A stretch of DNA of 32,905 nt from an uncultured Bacilli bacterium (GTDB lineage: Bacteria > Bacillota_I > Bacilli_A > RF39 > UBA660). Positions 27,263-32,905 of this stretch are shown here, piece after piece; the first letter of the stretch is position 1, and each line of letters begins with the position of its first letter. A program made the translations under genes and the position numbers. Under the pieces are notes generated by a model. The model did not search any database. It had not been told where the DNA came from and saw only the letters and a list, made by a program, of their open reading frames with translations. The DNA lies in NCBI GenBank assembly GCA_947630415.1, contig CANRHM010000003.1:1-32905 (forward strand). The letters run 5' to 3'.

Positions 27263-28287
27263 CTATTTGTTTTCTATTTGCTTTGTTTCACTTAATAATC
27301 TATCAAAATCGGATACATAGTTTCTATCTTGTATAACTTTATATTTTTCATATTCAATTTCTGCTTTTTCTACTGCTTGTTTATGAGAAACTGTTCCTTT
27401 TCCTTCTAATACATCATAATGAAAAACTTTTATTGCATTTTCAACTTCTTTTTTCCAATCATCCATATACATTGCAATATTTCTTTCGGCATTATTTTCG
27501 GCTATATCTAAAAATAAATTTACTAAATTATTCAAATTTTTAATTTCTTTTTCATCTAAATAATTTTTGGCAATAGTAATATCTGATTAAGTATCTTCCC
27601 ATCAGGTGATTTATCCCAATTGGTAAGACCCATATTTTCTTTTGTAGAATCAACTCTATTATAAACTATTTCCGCAGCTGTATATCCAGTTATAGCGTAA
27701 TGAAATTTATTTTGAATCGTTTTATAAAATTCCATTGCTATTTCACTATTTTTATCATAATCTATTGAACATTCTGCAAAAATATCTGTAACTTTTTGAT
27801 AAAACATTCTTTCACTTGTACGAATTAATTTAATTCTTTCAAGTAATTTTTGAAAATATTCTTGATCTTTTTTATTGGCTTTCATGAACCTTTCGTCATT
27901 TAAAGCAAATCACTGAACCATATAATCCTTAATAATTTTATTTGCCCAAGTTCTAAATTTAATTGCTTTTTTAGAATTAACTCTAAATCCTATGGAAATA
28001 ATCATATCAAGATTATAATACGGATAAACTCTTTTAACTTTACGAGTTCCTTCATTTTGAACTTGTGCAATTTTTGCACAAGTTGAATTTTCATTTAATT
28101 CTTCATCTTTATAAATATTATTAATATGTCTAATAATACCGCTTCTATCGATGCTAAATAAATTTGCTAAAGCTTCCGTATTTAACCAAACATCTTCATT
28201 TTGAAGTAATACCTCTACTTTAGTATTTCCTTCCTCATCAATATAAAATAAAATATTTCTTTCATTTCCAATTAATTTATCTTTCAC
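27263..28287 (-). pseudogene. RhuM-family pseudogene (nonsense codon plus 1-nt frameshift)
   Basis: Three track ORFs form one RhuM: in-frame TGA at 27912-27910 where the paralog has Gly (KGF), and CTT AA TCA GAT at ~27590 where one extra A restores KILKSDITIAKNYL. Confidence 0.85.
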
Positions 28288-28718
28288 AATTACACCTTCT
28301 CTAAAATTTAAAAAATCATACTCAAATATTATGATTGGATATTTCTCTTATATATTCGAAAATGATAAAATTGATAATTCTTCATATCATCATCCTCTAA
28401 CACCAACTTATCATACATACGTTTTAAGGTCAATTTATTTTTAATAATTTTTTTATTTATTTTTGTCCTATGAAAATAGATTATTTTTCTTAATTAAAAT
28501 CTTTGATTATTGTTAATTTGTAACAATTTATTTTTTTCCAAAAGTATTTTCCAAGCAAATTCCTAGTATATAAAAAATGTCAACAAAAATGTTAACATTT
28601 TCACAAAATTGTGACTACTTTTTTTAATAATCCTATAACTAAATTAATTGCACTCATTATTTCATCATAATTAAAAAGCATTTAAAATAAAATTTCAATA
28701 TATATAAAATTTTTTCTC

Positions 28719-30512
28719 TTAAATACATGGATGTGGACAATCACTACATTTATATACTTCTCTTTTTTTAACCAATTTTAAACTTTTATTTTGATTTATT
28801 ACAACTGGTTTTTCCAAACCCTTACATAGTGAAACATCATCTAAATATCTATCCATAGACATAATTTCTAAATGATTTTTTACTAATTGCCATCCCTTTT
28901 CAGTCATGATATGAACAGGAATTCTTATTCCAACTTGAGCTATTGCATTCGGTTCAATGTACTCTTTAATATATTTAGAAGCACAAGACCATATAATATC
29001 GGCATTTTTTAACATTGTTAATGCCGTAGACTCATTTATTCCAGTTGAACATAAACCAAATTTATAGATAGTTATATCATCTTTCTCTAATTCTTTAAGT
29101 TTTTCCATGAATTGATTGTCTTGAGCTGCTAAAGTAACCGCAATACTCTTATAGCCCATTTTTATTGCTTGTTTTACTCCTTCAATTTGATTTATTTCGC
29201 CCGTATATGGAAATACTGGAATAATTCCAGCATCTTTTGCAGTCTTTACTATTTTATCAGATGGACTGGTGTAAAATAATCCTGTCATTCTTTTAACTGC
29301 ACCCTGAGTATTAGAATCATTTGTTGTAATTATGGTCCCTAAATTATTTGATACTATAACCGCGGCATCTAACATCCCAGATTTAAAGCCTGAAGAAATT
29401 GTTTCACTTGCCCCAAACAAGACATTTGCCTCACAAGAATTAAGAGGACGACTCGTATCAAAATATCCAGTTTTAATTACTATTTGATTAATCAATTCAC
29501 ACATTAACTTACTTTGTTTATCGCTATCGCTAACATCTAAACTACTTATTAATTTTTCTGCTAATTCTCCCCCAACTTCCTTTAAAAGTTTTACCATAAG
29601 CGGACAATATTTAATTGGGATTGGTGTTGCTTTAACAGCAGTTAAATTACCATTTATTTTTTGAAGAATTACATAACTGCCAAACATTCTTGTGATATGC
29701 ATTTCTCTTTCAGAATAAAAATCTCTAATAATAGAATTTATATGCTGAGCGATTTGAAAGTTTTTCCAATTATTCCAATCATTAAGATATATGTTTAATT
29801 GATCATTTATAATTTTTATATCTAAAATCTCTGTATTAAAGTGTAGTCCAAAGTTAAATTTTTCTTCATTAAATCTAGTCACAAAGTATTCTACTAAACC
29901 TCCTTGCTGAAAATAGTTATAATAATCTAAGTCTTCCTTCTCCATATCAAAGTATTTTTCGACGTGAGGATTTTTTAAAGGAATAGAGTACATAAATACA
30001 CTTCCAATTTTAGAATAAAAATGTTTTAAAGTCCCACCTAAAATTTCGGTATCTTCTACATTTGTTTTATATAAAGGGATATTATCATTATCAGTTTTTA
30101 AAATCTCTGAAGTATGTTTATGTTTCTGATAATAATCAAGAATTTTAGTTTTTAAAGCATTTTCATATTTTAAACAGTTATCATCATTATATAATTTGTA
30201 ATCAATGTAATCCTTTCTTGATTGATTGACAGCATTTTCATAATCATAATCCATTAATAAGTAATAATAAATACCAATTCGATCCCTTGCCTCATAAGCT
30301 GGAATAATGGTCTCAATTGATACTCCACTCTTTATAATTTCTTGATCATTAAATCCTAACTTTCGATAAATGTCAGTAGCATCGGGTACAAAACCAAATT
30401 TCCAAAAATCAATAAGTAAAGCTTCATTTGTTTTATCAGTAAAACTACCATCTGCTGTTACGTATCCTTTTTTTGTTTCCAAAATATATTTAAGTCCATC
30501 ATGACTTGCCAT
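28719..30512 (-). CDS. Fusion of an unknown N-terminal domain with a DUF2099 (methanogenesis marker protein 8-like) domain
   Basis: C-terminal ~330 aa carry YCPL, FGASE, DAAVIV, QG..RMTGL..TSP, INQIEGVKQAIKMGYKSIAVT, ADII.SCASK; start moved to ATG 30512 (GAAGGA RBS). Confidence 0.75.
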   Translation of the reverse strand: MASHDGLKYILETKKGYVTADGSFTDKTNEALLIDFWKFGFVPDATDIYRKLGFNDQEIIKSGVSIETIIPAYEARDRIGIYYYLLMDYDYENAVNQSRKDYIDYKLYNDDNCLKYENALKTKILDYYQKHKHTSEILKTDNDNIPLYKTNVEDTEILGGTLKHFYSKIGSVFMYSIPLKNPHVEKYFDMEKEDLDYYNYFQQGGLVEYFVTRFNEEKFNFGLHFNTEILDIKIINDQLNIYLNDWNNWKNFQIAQHINSIIRDFYSEREMHITRMFGSYVILQKINGNLTAVKATPIPIKYCPLMVKLLKEVGGELAEKLISSLDVSDSDKQSKLMCELINQIVIKTGYFDTSRPLNSCEANVLFGASETISSGFKSGMLDAAVIVSNNLGTIITTNDSNTQGAVKRMTGLFYTSPSDKIVKTAKDAGIIPVFPYTGEINQIEGVKQAIKMGYKSIAVTLAAQDNQFMEKLKELEKDDITIYKFGLCSTGINESTALTMLKNADIIWSCASKYIKEYIEPNAIAQVGIRIPVHIMTEKGWQLVKNHLEIMSMDRYLDDVSLCKGLEKPVVINQNKSLKLVKKREVYKCSDCPHPCI

Positions 30513-30624
30513 AAAAATCCTTCTTTCGTTATAAAATTTTTCCCTTTTCAATTGCATTATAAAACAATTTATGATATAAGTATAATATATATTTTTTATA
30601 TTAATTATAAGGGGAATTTATATT

Positions 30625-31512
30625 ATGAATATTAATTATGAATCTTACAAAATTTTTTACTATGTTGCTATGGAGGAAAGTATATCGAAAGCTGCAAATA
30701 AATTACATATTTCCCAACCTGCCGTTACATGGCAAATAAAGTCATTAGAAAATCAATTAAATATAGCTTTATTTACACGAACTAAAAAAGGGGTTTTACT
30801 AACCGAAGAAGGTAAAGTATTATTTGAATATGTAAAACAAGGTGTTGAAAGTTTTACTAATGGCGAAAACATGTTGACTAATATTAAAAATTTAGATTAC
30901 GGTACAATATCGATTGGTGCTAGTACAACTGTAAGTAAATATGTTTTAATGCCATACTTAGAAAAATTTCATGAAAGTTATCCTAACATAGAGATAAAAA
31001 TAATAAATGCTTTAACAGAGAATTTAATAAAAGACCTTAGAAAGGGCAATTTAGATATGCTTGTACTTAATTTGCCTATGAGCGAAACAAAAGATTTAAA
31101 AATTCAAAAAGTTATGGATGTTCAAGACATCTTTGTAGGAAATAAAAAATACTATGAATTAACGAAAGGTAATATTCAATTGGAAGAATTAAATAATTAT
31201 CCTTTGTTGTTTCAAAAAAGTCCATCAAATACTAGAACGTTCCTTAATAACTATTTAAATAAAAATAATATTAAATTAATACCAAAAACAGAAATAGTTA
31301 GCTACAATTTAATTATGGATTTTGTTAAAAGTGGATTTGGAATAGGATATGCAACAAGAGAATTTGTTAAAGAGGATTTAAATAAAACTTTATTTGAAAT
31401 AAAGGTTACACCTACTATTCCATCAAGATATATCGGTATTGCAACGCTTAATAAAACTATACTAAATTATAGTGCTCAAAAATTAATAACCCTCATGATA
31501 ACAAATCGCTGA
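30625..31512 (+). CDS. LysR-family transcriptional regulator
   Basis: SISKAANKLHISQPAVTWQIKSLE..LFTRT..LTEEG HTH; 295 aa; divergent from the DUF2099 gene. Confidence 0.95.
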   Translation: MNINYESYKIFYYVAMEESISKAANKLHISQPAVTWQIKSLENQLNIALFTRTKKGVLLTEEGKVLFEYVKQGVESFTNGENMLTNIKNLDYGTISIGASTTVSKYVLMPYLEKFHESYPNIEIKIINALTENLIKDLRKGNLDMLVLNLPMSETKDLKIQKVMDVQDIFVGNKKYYELTKGNIQLEELNNYPLLFQKSPSNTRTFLNNYLNKNNIKLIPKTEIVSYNLIMDFVKSGFGIGYATREFVKEDLNKTLFEIKVTPTIPSRYIGIATLNKTILNYSAQKLITLMITNR

Positions 31513-31539
31513 TAATTTAAGTTTATTATTTTATGTAAT

Positions 31540-31665
31540 GCAAATAAATCCTCCTCTGATTTTAGATTTTGGTTGGCAGACCATTTTCTATTATATCAAA
31601 GGAGGATTTACTTTTCTTTTAACGCTATTGCTTCTTCAGCTCTCACCCGCATAGCGGGTGGTTTT
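31540..31665 (-). mobile_element. IS200-like left-end remnant without transposase
   Basis: Hairpin CACCCGC-ATA-GCGGGTG (31644-31660) plus a 16-bp inverted repeat (31545-31560/31595-31610, 1 mismatch) that sequesters a GAGGAGG RBS, a layout recalled from Firmicute IS200 tnpA leaders; no tnpA follows. Confidence 0.5.
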
Positions 31666-31692
31666 ACTATGTTCCTATCCTGGAACATAAAT

Positions 31693-31718
31693 AAAAAAAC
31701 CAGCACGAATGCTAGTTT
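31693..31718 (-). terminator. Intrinsic terminator downstream of fic
   Basis: Minus strand AAACTAGCA-TTCG-TGCTGGTTT plus further Ts (UUCG tetraloop). Confidence 0.7.
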
Positions 31719-31979
31719 ATAATGTAATTATAAAATGTTTAATTGAAACCCCTTGATTTTACGGGGTTTTTGGCATTTTGGGAACAAATTGAATTTTTTG
31801 CATACATTTTGTGCATGTTTTTCGATAATACAGTCAATGGAACATCAGTATTTATAGTATTATCTGTATTATCATTATTTCCAAACATAAACATTTATTT
31901 TATAGAAGTTCCTACTATTTTTAGAAACTTTTCTATTATAAATGATTACAAAACCATTGCGTATCTATTTATAATTATT

Positions 31980-32591
31980 TTATTTAGTATCAATACCTTT
32001 CATAGTATAAGTATTATAACCTTCATATTGATAACTAGCATCAATACCTTTCATATAAACTTCTCTATCATCTATTTTATCAGTCAATGCTTTTTCAATC
32101 AATAATTTGATTTCTGTATCTTTAATAGGACTTCTTTCCATTGCTAATAAATATTCTTCTTTTGAAACTTTGGACCAATCAACTACTTTGTTTAACTCTT
32201 TCTTTAAAATCAAATCTAACCATATTCTTGTGCTTCTTCCATTTCCTTCACGAAAAGGATGAGCAATGTTCATTTCTATGTATTTTTTTATAATGTCTTC
32301 CAAAGTATTTTGAGGCATTTTATCTATTTTCAATAATATGTCTTCTAAATACATAGCGGAAGCGAATCTAAAATTTCCTTTAGCTAAGTTTTCAGTCCTT
32401 ACTTTACCGGCAAATTCATAAACATCTTCAAATAAATATTTATGAATTTGAGATAAACCATTAAAAGTTCCAATTTCAAATTCATTAATCTTATTACTAT
32501 CAAATAATTCTAAAGCTTTGATTTTGGTAATTCTCTCTTCTTCCTTAGATAGTTCTATTTCATTGGTAATACCTAGTTTGTTCTGTAGCAT
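31980..32591 (-). CDS. fic: Class III Fic AMP-transferase (C-terminal autoinhibitory helix)
   Basis: Catalytic HPFREGNGRSTR; inhibitory SYQYEG ((S/T)xxxE(G/N)) near the C-terminus; start moved to ATG 32591, 5 nt after the secA stop. Confidence 0.9.
   Translation of the reverse strand: MLQNKLGITNEIELSKEEERITKIKALELFDSNKINEFEIGTFNGLSQIHKYLFEDVYEFAGKVRTENLAKGNFRFASAMYLEDILLKIDKMPQNTLEDIIKKYIEMNIAHPFREGNGRSTRIWLDLILKKELNKVVDWSKVSKEEYLLAMERSPIKDTEIKLLIEKALTDKIDDREVYMKGIDASYQYEGYNTYTMKGIDTK
31989..32055. repeat. 16-bp direct repeat, 51-bp period, inside the fic 3' end
   Basis: ATCAATACCTTTCATA at 31989-32004 and 32040-32055; encodes MKGID twice. Confidence 0.85.
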
Positions 32592-32596
32592 TAGAC

Positions 32597-32905
32597 CTAT
32601 CTCCCATGACAATTCTTATACTTCTTGCCGCTTCCACATGGACAAGGATCATTTCTTCCTACTTTTTTAACACGTTTAGGAGTTGCCTTTTTATCGCTCT
32701 TATCTTCGTTCGTAAGTTTTTCTTTAACTACCTCTTTACGTTCAATATTTTGTCTTACTTCAGCACGTACTAAGAACGTGGTAATATCTTTATCAATTCT
32801 TTGTTGCATTTGATCAAAGAGTTCAAATCCTTCCATCGTATAAGCACGCAATGGATCATCTTGTCCATAACCACGAAGACCAATACCTTCTCTTAAATGA
32901 GAAAG
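32597..32905 (-). CDS. secA: Preprotein translocase SecA, C-terminal part (5' end outside window)
   Basis: [27 protein letters not shown] and SEC-C motif [19 protein letters not shown]; frame open to the window edge. Confidence 0.95.
   Translation of the reverse strand, partial: LSHLREGIGLRGYGQDDPLRAYTMEGFELFDQMQQRIDKDITTFLVRAEVRQNIERKEVVKEKLTNEDKSDKKATPKRVKKVGRNDPCPCGSGKKYKNCHGR

Noticed and set aside
27910-27912. TGA at a conserved Gly as evidence of UGA=Gly/Trp recoding or selenocysteine
   Set aside because: RF2 is present with its TGA frameshift, several genes end in TGA, and the same gene has a second lesion.
28334-28390. 18-codon ORF (MKNYQFYHFRIYKRNIQS) upstream of the RhuM pseudogene
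   Set aside because: Too short to support; probably a remnant.
21413-28718. Integron-like cassette array of co-oriented small genes
   Set aside because: No recurring attC-like or other shared intergenic repeat found; several genes have their own promoters.
31740-31895. ~51-codon minus-strand ORF (MFMFGNNDNT...SRGFN) downstream of fic
   Set aside because: Weak RBS, runs through the hairpin region, no recognisable family.
32592-32612. Fic start overlapping secA
   Set aside because: ATG 32591 has a well-spaced GGGAG RBS and fits typical Fic N-termini.
687-32813. Short antisense or nested track ORFs (e.g. 687-872, 5395-5656, 6874-7835, 12605-13865, 19539-19874, 25572-25919, 31743-32105, 32625-32813)
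   Set aside because: They lie within or opposite well-supported genes and show no recognisable motifs.
1-32905. DGR template repeat or reverse transcriptase within the window
   Set aside because: No second copy of the TCGTTCCGC/CCGTGGTTC scaffold, no AAC-rich repeat and no ORF with RT motifs (YxDD context) seen by eye.
1-32905. CRISPR arrays, tRNA or rRNA genes
   Set aside because: No regularly spaced repeats or structural RNA signatures seen.

Overview
AT-rich chromosomal window from a low-GC Gram-positive bacterium using the standard genetic code; gene style suggests an uncultured gut Bacilli lineage such as RF39 (inference). The core scaffold on the minus strand is secA (3' part only), prfB (classical CTT-TGA-C +1 frameshift), two yitT-type genes, ftsE, ftsX and a coiled-coil M23 peptidase. 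A CpoA-like GT4 glycolipid synthase and a membrane-anchored GH3 NagZ-like enzyme lie on the plus strand. About 12.5 kb of accessory genes separate secA from prfB: class III Fic, an IS200-like end remnant, LysR, a DUF2099 (methanogenesis marker 8-like) fusion, one intact and one decayed RhuM, XRE-HTH, GNATs, CutA and a small nucleotidyltransferase. The strongest signal is the 589-aa secreted protein at 12349..14118. It has a SipW/TasA-type signal peptide and a C-terminal CLec/FGE-like domain whose last ~120 nt look like a diversity-generating-retroelement variable region (56% GC by hand count, NNC/NNT codons, ending in SFR). No RT or template repeat is seen in the window. Its promoter is a perfect TTGACA-16-TATAAT with a G9 tract in the spacer, a likely phase-variation switch. 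Two adjacent uncharacterised operons (a MoxR/CobS-like AAA+ with a degenerate vWA partner; and coiled-coil/RelE-like + HTH + helical-repeat proteins) are further candidates for undescribed systems. All family assignments are by eye; no database search was run.
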